A DNA stretch of 64,000 nucleotides. It comes from Vicugna vicugna. Taxonomy: Eukaryota. A program made the translations under genes and the position numbers. Location of the stretch: NCBI GenBank assembly GCA_013265495.1, contig MU058252.1, positions 2,018,244 to 2,082,243 of the forward strand. The letters run 5' to 3'. Shown piece after piece: positions 49,579 to 61,844 of the stretch (the stretch's first letter is position 1; each line of letters starts with the position of its first letter). The notes under the pieces were generated by a model. It saw only the letters and a program-made list of their open reading frames with translations, did not search any database and was not told the DNA's origin.

Positions 49579-51024
49579 CTTGGAATAAAAATGCCCTCTG
49601 AGAGTTAAACTATAAAATCCGTCTAGAAAGGACCCCAGATGCATTATGCAAAGTCCTGTGGGGAGAAAGGAGACCTCGGGTTACAGCAGGACTTGACTGC
49701 AATTGGATTCAAGGAATTGATGCAGTAAAAGAAGCCAGAGGCCCTGAGCTCTGCCTGGACCAGAGGAAAACAGCGGAATAAAGTACGAAAGATGCTTCAG
49801 CGGGAGGCCAGTCTCGCCTCTGAGTCTAAAAAGCTCTGCCAACTTAGAAAGGAAACTTGAAATTTGATCTTAGAGCTCAAGGAAGTAGAAAACAGCTCGC
49901 TGCATTCCTGCAGAAGTGCAGGGTTTGCACATGTCAGACCAGCCAGAGGCGAGCAGCCCGCCCACCCTGCGCAGAGCCAGGGGCCGGGCGGTCGGTCCAA
50001 CGCCGCCCCCACACCGCGTGGCCAGTTTGCACACCCGCTATCCCCCGGCTGCCGCCGGCACACGCGGGTCTGCTGGGGGACGTTCTGTAAGCAGCACTTG
50101 CCTCCACAACAGAAGGGCTCCCTGCCCCCCAGGATCCACAGAATTTAATTTTTTTAATAAGTTTGCTCTTCTATAAACATCACTGCAATCGAGACAGCTG
50201 CTCCATCCAGCTATCGCATGATGTGTCCTATTAATAAAAACGATAGACACACAGGCATTGTCTTACCTAAACACAACTCAGAACCCCTTCAGCTCCAGGG
50301 CTCACCTTGCTCCTAGGGCTTTATTTTAAAGATACTATTCAATGTCCAGAGCAGTTATAATAGAGAGGTATTTCCGCCGAACTATTACCTTTGGAGATTT
50401 CAGATACTGTTTTATGTAAAGCTCTTAAATCACAATAAAATGGATATGAAATGGCAATAACGTAGCAGACTTTTCCCATCAGCTTTAAATCGCATCATAT
50501 TACTCTAAAATATTTCTTATACTAGTGTAAGTCCACTCTCTCCTTACTTCCTTTCTGTAGGGTTTCCGGCACACCTGTTACGTGTTCTTCCTGAAATAAA
50601 CTGCCTCCTTCTGCACCTGTCCAAACCCCGGCCGTCTTCAGCCTCCACATCCTCCAGGCATCCTCTTTGTTTGACCCTGTTTGTCCTCAAAGCAGGGACA
50701 GGCCAGTAAATTTCTGTAGCCCTTCCCAGCTCTATTTCAATATGCTATTCCTTGGAGTTCTGTGTGCATTTGTGCTGTGTTAGAATGCACTTTTCGGAGC
50801 CAGGGTGATAAAGACTTCCCATACCCACATGCTCCAAAGGACTTAAGAAAATGTTGAGGCAAAGGAAGAGCTTGAGAAACATGTGTCGATTAAATAGCCC
50901 CTGGCAATCTGGGAGAAGAGTACAGCTCTTTTCTGGAAACACTCACACACGCACATACACACACGAAGGGAACCAGCTCCTCATGCCAATCTGAAATGCA
51001 GATTTTAAACCACTCTAAGAGGTA

Positions 51025-51670
51025 CAGTTAATTCTTATTATTTGTAACAGTTATATTCCATAATGTCTCCATGAACTCTGAATTAGCGAATGCGGAACCA
51101 TTTTTCCAATGGAAAATACAGGCTAGGTTCCTGTGGGCCTCTGGTCACATTTTTTGCCTGCTATCAATACGTGACCATATTTTATGCGTGTTTCTGTTTG
51201 AAGGAACCTAATTAATATATATTTTGGATGCATGACCACTGAACTCGTGGCCAACAGCACCATGAGCCAGCCTGAACGAAGCTCACCCAACACAGGCAGG
51301 TGTTTTCTCCGTAAGGCACGTCGCTGCCGCCTTGTGCCTAGCAGCAGAAGAAACCACCTCATCACTACAGTTAGGGCCCACTTTTAACAACAGAGCCACC
51401 AACAAAAAGCACAAAAGGCGGAAACCATGTCACTAAATAGACCGTGAGAAGGATGCCTGTTTACAGCGTGAGGGGCGGACACCAGAGGCAGAGGGTCTCC
51501 CTGCTCTATCTCAGTGAGGAACTACACCTCCAGCAACTCAGGTTTCTGGGGCTTTGTGTGTGTCTGCAAACGTCCGCAAAGGCGCTGGGAGCATTGATTT
51601 GGTTATAAGCAAATTCTAGCAAGCAGGTGATATCGCATGTATGGAATCAGCAAATAAGGGAGACTGACTC
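51025..51670 (+). mobile_element. MER82-like TcMar-Tigger element, near full length, copy 1
   Basis: TA|cagttaattcttattatttg...tgaattagcgaat...ggttcctgtgggcctctggtcac...aacaaaaagcacaaaa...atggaatcagcaaataa; reverse complement homolog at 56823-57463. Confidence 0.88.
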
Positions 51671-51849
51671 TGCGAACCTCCCTGTTGGAGGCGGCACGTG
51701 GGAGTCAAGGGGGCTCCCCCTGCTGCAACGCTTCCCTAAAAACCATCTACACCCTCTGAAGGACACGCAAGGGAAAGACGTGGACTTCAAGCCATGAGAC
51801 TTCCCTTCCAGCCCAAGCTCCACCAGCGATGCCTCATCTCAGACGGACG

Positions 51850-52052
51850 GCAACAGGCACATGAAAAGATGCTCAATATCGCTGATTATCAGGGCAACGC
51901 ACAGCACAGCTGCAGGGAGGTGTCCCCTCACGCCGGTCAGAATGGCCGTCCTTCAGAAGTCCACAAAGGATACATGCTGGAGAGGGTGTGGAGAGAAGGC
52001 AGCCCTCCTACACTGCTGGGGGGAACGTAATTTGATGCAGCCATTGTGGAGA
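51850..52052 (+). mobile_element. Isolated L1 ORF2 internal fragment, GC-shifted
   Basis: ORF 51861 begins MKRCSISLIIR...LTPVRMA...CWRGCGEK...LLHCW...QPLW, the ORF2p cysteine-rich region. Confidence 0.9.
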
Positions 52053-53475
52053 GTAGGGAGATTTCCCTCCTGCCTGCATCGCAGAAGCCAGGCTCTGTGC
52101 TCAGAAACCCGAAAGCCTCTGGGGCAGCTGCAGACCATGCCCTCTACACGGCCTTCCCTCGGTCCTTCCCAGGCCTGTCCCATGGCAGGTCATGATGGTG
52201 AGATGGGCCAGCTCAGCTGGCAGGTGCTCTCGCACAGATTTTCCCGTGAATACTTGACACCTGTATTTTTCAACTTGGGGAGCTGGTCTGAAATACCCAA
52301 GCAGTCATCTTTCATAAAAATCATGTGATAGACGAAGCTCTGGAATCATTTCTTTTCCTGGGAGTAACCTTCTATCTCCCTAGGAGCCCCGTTTCCACCC
52401 ACTGTTGGGAAACCAGCTACCCACATTTTTTCCTGGCCCTTAACGTGTTTATATATTTTCTATTTGAGTGAAACAGTCAGTGATGTCACGAGATGTGCAC
52501 ACATCGTGATAAGGTGATACCCTTCCTGGAGAATTTTCCTTTAGGCTTGGTCACCTTCCAGACTGCAAAGGAAACATCTCGAATGCAGACGCGTCAGGCA
52601 GGGGGGGATCCATCCAGGAGCAGGGAGCTCCAGGCCTTCACATTTGACCTTCAAGGAAAGTTCTAGCACTATCTGCTCGTAAGGCTCCCCGCTCACTTCA
52701 CTTCGGCCACACAGAACTTCCTCCTTCCCACAGACCCCGGGGATGATGCCCACAGGACACGCCTCCACAGCAAAGCCCACTGCCCTGGTGTCCCTTGCCA
52801 GAGAGGAACCAATTCACACACCGACGGGTCCACCTAAGTGTCTACACTCTCCAAGGCAAGCGAAGTGGCAGAGTGGGGTTCGAGGAAAAATCTCCCATCG
52901 TTATAGGTTCCTCCCCCACCACCCAAAAAAAGACAATGGGAAAGAGTGAAAGTCCCAGAACCACTCGGGGACGTGGGGGTAGAGACGTGAAGAGGATGCT
53001 TCTCACTTAGACGGAGGAAAGCCAAACGAGGCTGAGAAGCCAGTTTTATGCGCTGGTATTTTAGTGACATCGAGCACACGGTAACTCACCTGTGGGAGAA
53101 AAGTGTTCCTCTGCGTCAGTGCTGAGAACACGATTCAGTTGGATTTAAGATAATCCTAAATCTAGCTGAACGTATATTTAAGAAAATACACATTATATTA
53201 TGAATTCGTTCCTCAAACCTACTATTCCTTTTTTATTATAAAATTTTTCAGACACAAACCACAATGAATCTTTATGACTTTTCCAGGCTTTTAAACGTCT
53301 GACATAGCACGTAATCTCTGGTGATGTAGAGAAAATCAGCAACAATCAGATTTTTAAAGGGCTGAATATTGTAATGATTCAATGAAATGGGTAAATAGCA
53401 TTATTATTAATTTAAAACATTCTTACTCTCCCTTTAAAAAATTCGATTCATCAAGAAAATTATTTCATGCCCTCA

Positions 53476-53549
53476 TGAAATAGAAATAGAAATATAAAAT
53501 TTTAAATAGAAAAATAAAAATAGAATAAAATAAATAGAAAAATAAAAAA
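53476..53549. repeat. A-rich low-complexity tract, (AAATAG/AAATAA)n
   Basis: Direct observation. Confidence 0.8.
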
Positions 53550-53757
53550 GCAGTTAAATTTAGTTTTAAAAGCATCGTGAAGAGTAAGACAAAATTTGTT
53601 TAAAAATAACAACTTGGCCAAGCTGCCATGGAATAAAGAAATTAGGATAGAAATGTAAAATACATTCGTGTTTATGGTGATTAAATAATGAGAACTAAAT
53701 TTGGGGGGAGAGTGAAGGACAGTAGCAGAACTTTGGGCTAGAAATTAGGATAATTTC

Positions 53758-53973
53758 TTTTTTGTTTTTTTAAGTTTTGTTTTATTGGTGTATAGTCCGT
53801 TTACAGCATTGTGTTAATTTCTGGTGTAGAGCAGAGCATTCAGCTTTATATCTATATCGATGTATATTCCTTTTCATATTCTTTTTCATTATAGGCCATT
53901 GAAAGTAGTTTGCTGTCTATACAGGAGGACCTTGTTGCTTATCTGCTTCATATACAGTAGTCAGTATCCGCAA
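53758..53973 (-). mobile_element. Short L1 3' end fragment
   Basis: tttattggtgtatagtccgtttacagcattgtgttaatttctggtgtaga...; near-TSD aggataatttc / aggatatttc. Confidence 0.85.
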
Positions 53974-54234
53974 AGGATATTTCAGTTCTTGAACAACGAC
54001 CAGGTCGCGGTGGACGAGTCCTGTAAATCACTGCCCAGCCAGGCACTGTTACTGAGCACCTACTCCATGCCAGGGGATGTGAGCAGACCTGGGGTGCAGC
54101 TGTGCTCACATTCCAGCTGCCCCTCTCCAGTTTACACTTCCCGGCTCCATGCGTGAGGCTGAGGCTCGCTCCCTAGGTCGTGTCCAGTCTCGCAGCTCCG
54201 AGCAGCACCCACGTGAGTGACTGTCTCCAGTATG

Positions 54235-55160
54235 TTATCTCCAAGTCTGTCACTCTCCCCTGAAGTGTGCACTTACACATCCCACTGCTTGTTTGTTTAA
54301 TAGGCATCTCAAACCTGGCCAGACTTTAGATCTGCCAGCCCCAGCCTGCTCCTCCCACAAGAACCTGGGAGTCATCCTTGATTCCTCTGCCCAGCCCCAG
54401 CCTCAGGGTTTCTGGCAGAAAGTCCTTCAGTTCTGAGTTTAAAAGGCTGTGCCTTCAGAATCCACTGATTTCTCCCCACCCTCACCCCTGGGACCCCAAG
54501 GGCTTTGCCTGAGTTCTGCAACAGCCTCCTTATAGGTCATAAGGAGACTGAACTCAAACCCCTACACTTAAATCTCAGCACAGTAGCCAAACGAATTTTT
54601 TAAAATGTAAGTAAGATTGAATTACTCTCTGCCCAAAACCTCTGATAACACAGCATCTCATTCAGAGAAAAACCTACTAACTTTGCAGAGGCCTCCATGG
54701 CCATATCTAACTCACCCAGTCACCTCTCTACCCCACCACTCTCTGCACACCCTCTGTACCAGCTCCACCACCCCCCTCGCTCCTCTAGGACATGCAGTGC
54801 ACAGTGCTGCCTCACGGCCTTTGCACCTGCTGCTGCCACCGCCATGTGCAGTGCTCTGCCCACAGATGGTCATGTGGCTCACTCTCCTCTCTCATCCTTC
54901 AGGTCTTTGCTCAACTAGCATTTTCTCGTGAGGCTTCCCCTACCCAACCCCCTTCACACTCCATACGCCTTCTCTGCAAATTTTTTTTTTTTTGTCTCAG
55001 CATTTATCATGATCTAATATACAATATATTAGACTTATTTTATTCTCTCTTTCTCTACTAACATAAAACTATATGAAAACAGAGACTTTTTGTCTGTTTT
55101 TTCACTGCTGTATCTCTAATGCCTGACACATCATAAACTCAGTAATTATTTATTGAATTA
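54235..55160 (+). mobile_element. L2 3' region
   Basis: taataggcatctcaaac; aacctgggagtcatccttgattcctct; gcctttgcacctgctg; catccttcaggtctttgctcaa; gcctgacacatcataaactcagtaattatttattgaat. Confidence 0.8.
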
Positions 55161-55576
55161 GCAGGTGACAATGAATGCCTGGAAAAACAATTGGTGTAAT
55201 TACATATTATCTTCACGTACTGTGAGTCTCTGTGTACCAGACAGAGAGAAATAAAAAGAGAGAGAGGAGGGCTCCGACTTCTGTGCTTTCAAATCACTAA
55301 ACAGCCAACGTGCATTACTGAAATACTTGCTTTGTGTAAGAAAATTTTAGATACTGTGATGATAGAAGCAGTTAATAACCAAACAGGAGAGAAAACTGAA
55401 CAGATCTGTGGTACTGGGTCAGGTGTGGCCTTTCCTAGGAAGCTGGGATGAGTGTGGCCTAGTGTGTCTTCCACGGCTTCGTGGAGGTGAGAATTCACCT
55501 TTTTTGGAAGCAAGTATAAAGTTCAGAGACATGCATGAAGGCAGGCTAGGCAGGGGGACTAAAGGTGCACTGCTGT

Positions 55577-55820
55577 CTTTAGTCTTATCCTTTATTGGTG
55601 TGTGGTTGATTCACAATGTTGGTTTCAGGTGTACAGTGAAGCAGTTCAGTTATACACAAGCGTACACATTTTTCATATCCTTTTCCATTATGGCCCCTTG
55701 CAAGACATTGAACAGACTTCCCTGTGCTCTGCACGGGGTCCTTGTTGTTGATCTGTTTGACAGAGAGTAGTGTGTATCTGTTAACCCCAAACTCCTAATT
55801 TATGCCTCCCCCTTTCTCAG
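55577..55820 (-). mobile_element. Short L1 3' end fragment
   Basis: tttattggtgtgtggttgattcacaatgttggtttcaggtgtacag...cccaaactcctaatttat; near-TSD aggtgca(c/g)tg. Confidence 0.85.
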
Positions 55821-56735
55821 AGGTGCAGTGTTTTAACCACAGGTCCTCTCGACACGGAATCATCCACCTGTCAGGGAAGCAGAGTGACTTCGGGAAACAG
55901 GGGACAACTGGTCAGGTCATTTGGACCACTCTGTGGAAGACTCTGAAAGCCAAACTAGGTTGTTTGAAAACTGCTGGGCAACTGGGTACCATCTGAATTC
56001 TCCAGTCAGGAAAACCTCTTGTTAAAACACGTTATGAGGCCTCCATCTGCAGAACAGCGACCCGACCGGCCGTGGCTCTGAGGCCTCATGGAAGCCAGGC
56101 TCTTCAGACCAGCTTTGCAAACTGCTGCTGCAGGGGACTGGCCTTTCTGTCCCTCCACGTGCAGGTGACACGTGTCTGCGGTCGTCTGGAAATCTGGTTA
56201 ATGCCACGGAGCCGCAGCTGGCCCTGCCTGCACAGCTCTCCCGCGCTGGCAACCAGGAGATAACCTGTTGCCTGACCCTGGGCCTGGCGTGGCCACCGTA
56301 AGCGTTCTTCATCCCATCACCCATTCGACAAACACGCCTGGAGCTCCGTGCGCCAGGTGTCGTCGCAGGCGGTCTGCGCAGCACAGCACCCAGAGAGGAG
56401 GTGACAGAGTTAGCTGCTGCCAAGGAGGCAACGGAGCAGCGTGCCGGAGCTTAACTGGGTTCCTGAGGTTGGCCAGAGGAGGCTCTCTGAGCACATAGCG
56501 CTTAATTGGAGATGCTAAGGTGAGGAAGGGCCGGTGAGTGGGAGACGATCCCAGATGGAGGCTACACAAAGTCCTCATGGAGTGTCACATACGTGCAAGG
56601 AACTAAGAGACGGGCCCTGCGCTTGACCAGGGGAGGACTTTGCTATTAAACGTGGCAAAGACTGCAAGATGCTGGCATGTCCCAGATGCTTCTGCTTTGC
56701 ACGTCTGCTATATTCACACGCACACCTGCAGCTGC

Positions 56736-56739
<4 letters not shown>

Positions 56740-56778
<39 letters not shown>
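56740..56778. repeat. (CA)19 microsatellite
   Basis: Direct observation. Confidence 0.97.
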
Positions 56779-56780
<2 letters not shown>

Positions 56781-56822
56781 CTACTTCCAGAGGTATGAGG
56801 CTGGAGCTATTTTTGCCAAATA

Positions 56823-57463
56823 CAGTCTCATACTTCATGGTTTACAGACTCTGTTTCTGTGAATTCACCTGCTTGCTAAAATCCATTTGTAGCCCCCAAA
56901 TCAATACTCACACCACCTCTGCAGTCCTTCACAAACGTGCGCATGAGGTAGTGACAATTCTGAGTTGCTGTCACGCACATTGCCAGCTGAGGTCAGACGG
57001 GCCAGGCTCTGCCTCCTTGCTTCAGACCGTAAACCAGAGTCCCTTTCACTGTTATTCAGTGCCACGTTTTCACATTTTGTGCTTTTTTCTTGGTGCTTTC
57101 ACTGCTGAAAAAGGCCCCCGGGCAGAGTGCAGAAGGGCTGCCCAGGGTTCCTGAGCGCAGCAAGGCGGGGCTGGGCCTCGCGGACAGACCACGTGTGTTG
57201 GGTGAGCTTTGTTCAGGCGCGAGCTGCCCGGCTGCTGGCCACGAGTTCAATGTGGCTGAATCCACAATACGTATTCAATAAGGCGTCTTTACACAGAAAC
57301 ACACATCAAAGGCTTGTATCGGTCGGGTAACAAAAATGTGGTGACCAGAGGCTTGCAGAAACCAGCCCTGTATTTCCTCCCAGAGCAGTGGTTCCATGTT
57401 GGCCAATTCAGTGTTCACGAGACTTTACAGAACGTACCACCGTGAAGGACAAGAGCTGGGTTG
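56823..57463 (-). mobile_element. MER82-like TcMar-Tigger element, near full length, copy 2 (opposite orientation)
   Basis: TA|cagtctc...ccccaaatcaatactc...cacattttgtgctttttt...gtgaccagaggcttgcagaaacc...aattcagtgttcacgagacttta. Confidence 0.88.
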
Positions 57464-59249
57464 GGGGAGAATCGGCCTTGCTGTGAAGAGTGGTGTGCAG
57501 CTGGTCAGAGAGAAACAGGCAAGCAGGAAGGGGAGGGGCCTATTCACGTCACTGATTTTCAGATTTCTGTGCCATTTTTCATACTTTCCCAAGATTCGGA
57601 AGTAGTCCCTAGATCTGTAGCTAAGGCAGAGCTAGGTTCAGTCTCCCTTCAGTGAGCTGACCAGTGACGGTGGTTCTCCACACACCTGTCCACCCTGCTG
57701 GTCCACCAGGAAGCTGGACTGTGACGATCGCAGCCATGAAGTTAATTAAAAGACCAGAAAATGAACTACGAACTGTCCTTAGACTTAAGAACAACTCTCT
57801 GTGGGACTGATTGGAAGCAATTTGAGTAATACCATTTTGAACAAACTATCCCTTAAGTTTAAATTTTTCTGTGCAGTTGCTTAAAAATACGATTTCTCAT
57901 TAAAGACTACCTACTCCGCCGAAGCCATATTACCGCCTTGCTCGTTCAACTACATTTACATAAATCAAAACAGCTGATCTAGGACTGTGTGATTTAATCA
58001 TGGCTTTCTTTTATAACTCTACTTAATTGTAAATTATTTCAAACAAATGGAGGGGTTTGGATGACACTGGGCAGCCTACCCGATATTTATCCAGTGTTAA
58101 CATTTTGTCATGTTTGCTTCAGTCCTTTTCAGAAGACACTGTTGTACAGACGAACCTGAACGCCACCTTCTCCGACTGCTCTGACCCGCCCGCCTCCTCG
58201 CCCAGGCTCCCAGGTGCACGTCCTCAGGGCGGTGTCCACCTCGCCCCTCTTGCTCTGTACCTTTACTACTTCCATACGGAATCATGAAGAACAGAAAAGT
58301 TCTGCAGGGAAAAAGGAGCTTTGAGGTCACCTAAATGATCATTATTTTACTCTTTCCTTTAGGACTAGCCGAGGTGGCGATAATAAAAATTGCTTGCTCT
58401 TTGAGGACTTAACGATGAGCCTATTAGGTTACTAACAATGTCAGTGTGAAAGAGCAAAAATTTATGGTGTCCTCATCCAAGCAACATGCTTTAATTTAAC
58501 GTCTTCCCATTTCTAGGAGCTCTATTTTCATTCCCATCCTGAGTAAACACAGGATAACTCAACAATGATTCTTGGTATTCTGTTAATTTACTTGCGTTCA
58601 CAAAGCATGCATTTTGTGTTGAAAGATGAAGCTCCTTCAAAAATATTGTATTCAGTGAATGCTCAATTTTATTCTATATATTTTCATGGGCAGCGTAAGT
58701 GGAGCTGATAGCCCACCGTTACAAATCAAAGTGGCGGCGGCAAATCTTCCACGCCACACAGAAAGAGCCTCGGCAGGTCGGGCGACAGGCGTCGCCAAGC
58801 CCTATCCTATTAATAATGTTTTATCTCCCTGCCGGGGCCTTCAGCTCCGCCACCATTCACAGACACTGTGCTGGGCTCTCCTCCTTAACAGAGCACCGCA
58901 GAATTCACTGGGCGCTGAGTCTTGGAAAACTCAAGACGGTAACACACAGCCGCTACCTCCTGAGTGACTGCTGAACATAAGAAATGGTGTTGAAGCCGAA
59001 TCTGCAGATACAAGTGGAGAGTGAAATTGGTTCTGTTGAACCCCAGCAGCACACTCGTCCTTCCTGCTAGGAACGCGGGCCTAGCCAGCCACTTCCTGCC
59101 TGTTGGCCGTGAGACCAAGTCCAAGCGCAGGAGTCCAGCTTTCAAAGCTCCAACCTGCTTTTTCTCTACAGAACCATTTTGCTGGAATTAGACTGACCTG
59201 CCTGGTTTACCAAGACTGACTGTGGAAATTCCTCCTTCCCACCTTTACT

Positions 59250-60090
59250 TAAATGATGCCCACGGCTCGGGATGACCTGAACCCGTATCTTCTGAAATCC
59301 TCCTGCGTCCTCAAGGCGAAAGCCACGCGCTCTTCCTGCACGCAGCCTTCCCTGCGCCCTCCGCAGGGCCACTCCCGTTCACCTGCACGGACAGCTCCGA
59401 AGGGCCACACCACCTACAGTACAGTGAACGGACGCGCTGACATCTAACCCAAACGTGCCATCGTCCAGCAGGAGTCTGGACTAAAGACCCCTGCTGCGGG
59501 AGCTGTTGCTCACACGCATGGTCGCCTGCCGGCTTCCTGCCTGAGCACACAAAGAATGTGGTTCCCGACTCTCACGCGGGCAGTTAGCACCACGGGGCTG
59601 ACTCCAGCCGGCGGTCTCGGAACAGAGATGAACGTTCCTCTACAAGGAAGCAAAGAGCCAGGGTGCAGCTGTGTTCCCGGCCGTGGGGCCTGCTCGCCGC
59701 ACTCTGAGAGGACAGCGCAGCACGGTGACAACCGCTGAATGTGAGTCACCGCCCGGCCCGCGGGAGACTTCGAGGGGATCAACATAAAAACCTTGGTTGT
59801 GCCGCACCGCTCCTTTGGCAATAATCTGCAGCCGTCGCAAAGCTTCAGGATCTGATCCCGCCCCAGCCGGGAGCTGGGGGCAGCGTGGGCGGGTGACCTC
59901 TGCAGCCTCCACCTGGGAACGAGTGTCTGACGACCCCGCAGAGGTCCGGCGTCGGTGTACCCACCGAGCAGCGTCTCCAGGGCACCCACACTCTTCCCCT
60001 GTTCGCTCTCCTAACAGAGGCCACCGAGCGGGCTCCCGGCCCCCGCCACCGCTAACAGCGCTGCAGTGAGCACGCGAGCAGGTTTCCAGG
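59250..60090. other. CpG/GC-rich unique segment (CpG-island-like)
   Basis: High CpG density, strongest at 59730-60080; no recognisable ORF or repeat. Confidence 0.5.
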
Positions 60091-60097
60091 ACGGTCT

Positions 60098-60264
60098 TTA
60101 CAGCGGGAGTGGGGTTTCCACTTGGGGTGATGAAACAGTTCTGGAACTAGATGGTAGCAATGTTTGCACACCGTCGCGAGAGCACTTAATGCCAATGAAT
60201 TGCATGTTTTAAAAGGGTTAAGACAGCAAATTTTATGTTTTGTGTATTTTCCCACAATAATAAA
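60098..60264 (+). mobile_element. L1MB/MA-type extreme 3' end
   Basis: ggggtgatgaaacagttctggaactagatgg...cacttaatgccaatgaattgcatgttttaaaagggttaag...aattttatgttttgtgtattttcccacaat. Confidence 0.8.
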
Positions 60265-61844
60265 GGCAACTGATACGGTAAGTTGCTTGAAACATTTGTT
60301 TCTCTTAAGGAGCTTGGTTTCCTTTGCGCTATCGATTTGCCTAGTGAACCTCCTCATCACAGAGAACACAGGAGTAAATCAGCCCAGGCTGTTGCCAAAT
60401 TAGCAAGGCTCCAACTAGTGAAGCTGTAGACGCAATTCAAAAATCATGAACTGGACGGGGAGCCCAGCCAGATCCACCAATATCAACAGAAAGGGCCTCG
60501 ACGGCTATTTTTTTCAAAATGGAATAATTCATTTATTTCTCTAAAAAGTATGCATCACCTAGAGCAATTTTTTATGCCTCTGCTCTGAAATATTTCAGTT
60601 CTTCCAGTGGGTATCGTGACAACTGTTTGAAGAGATGCAAATTTAAGGTCATCTTTGAGCTGTACATGTATCTATGTGTCTCTGTGCATATCTATACACA
60701 CACACATTAATATCATAATTTGATGTAAATTCCTGGGGAATTAATGTATTGGAGTCAATAGAACCGATGGTCCTAAGTGTGCAGGCCCCACTGAGGAACT
60801 GAGCATGTGTCCGAGTTTTACGGAAGAGGGGACAGAGAGTGAAACACCGCGACTCAGGAAAGCGAAGGTGTGTGGGGCGGTCAGGAAGAACACAGGAGTC
60901 GGCAGATCTAAGGGCCTGAGAAGGATGGTGGATGATGAAAAACCACTACAGAAAAACAAGGTGGCAACCCTCCATGTCCGTCTGCCAAATTCAACTGGCT
61001 TGATGACAGCATCTAATTAAAATAGTAAGACCTAGAGAATGGGCTTTGTCATATGAATATTTTACAGAAGTTCATAGGTAATAATTTAGTACACTGAACT
61101 CACTACCCCCAATCAATTCATAAGGCACCCATTTATTTTCAGTAGTGCCTCCGAATCAGCCAATACAAGTGAATTATGATTTGGGATTTATTCATCAGGG
61201 AAAGAGGCAGAAGGAGGCAGTTCGCTTAGTCACAACTGCATGGTGTATTTGGGGCAAGGAAGTGGAAGAGATCATTGTTCCACAAATTTTCCTAACAGTA
61301 CGTCACCTCAGCAAATGTAAAAACTGTTCACATGACCTTACTGGCTAGCAGGTGAACCAGTGGCAGGTACTGACTGAGAAGTAACACTGACTCCTTCAAC
61401 AACATTAGTCACACCAGCTTCCACAGACATTTCGAGGACCGTTGTGTACAGGTGAGTGAACAGCTTTCCCCACCCAGGCTCCAGGCTCTGACCTCACGTT
61501 GTAAGGAATCCACCAATCCTTGGCTCTCTGTGCCCTGGGGTTGCCAGTATTGGTACTGGTGTAGGAGAGCTGCCAATTCAACGTATTTTGTATCAGTCGT
61601 GTGGGATGATTCCTCCAGTAACACAGAACGCCTGTCTGTAACACTCAAGTTCACGATAATTATCTGCAGCATCTTCTTGCTATTCCTGCCTCTGCCTCGC
61701 TGGAGGGGAACGGGTTCCTCTCCTTCATGTGAAACACAGGTGTTCTGGGCTACATCCCTGCTGAAACCTCTTCTGGTTCTAACAATTACATGATTTTATA
61801 ATAAAACTAAACTAAGGCTATGGTTGGGAGGTTGTACTTCCTAA

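Noticed and set aside
2514..55820. Many short L1 3' ends as a distinct non-autonomous family
   Set aside because: The 5' breakpoints differ (about 205-480 bp), as expected from ordinary 5' truncation.
61449..61457. Perfect plus-strand splice donor cag|gtgagt
   Set aside because: No convincing acceptor or recognisable open frame upstream; isolated donor motifs are common.
61409..61672. Minus-strand peptide YWQPQGTESQGLVDSLQREV resembling a retroviral integrase PQSQGxVE motif
   Set aside because: No catalytic D,D(35)E spacing or other integrase context, so it is likely chance. BLASTX would settle it.
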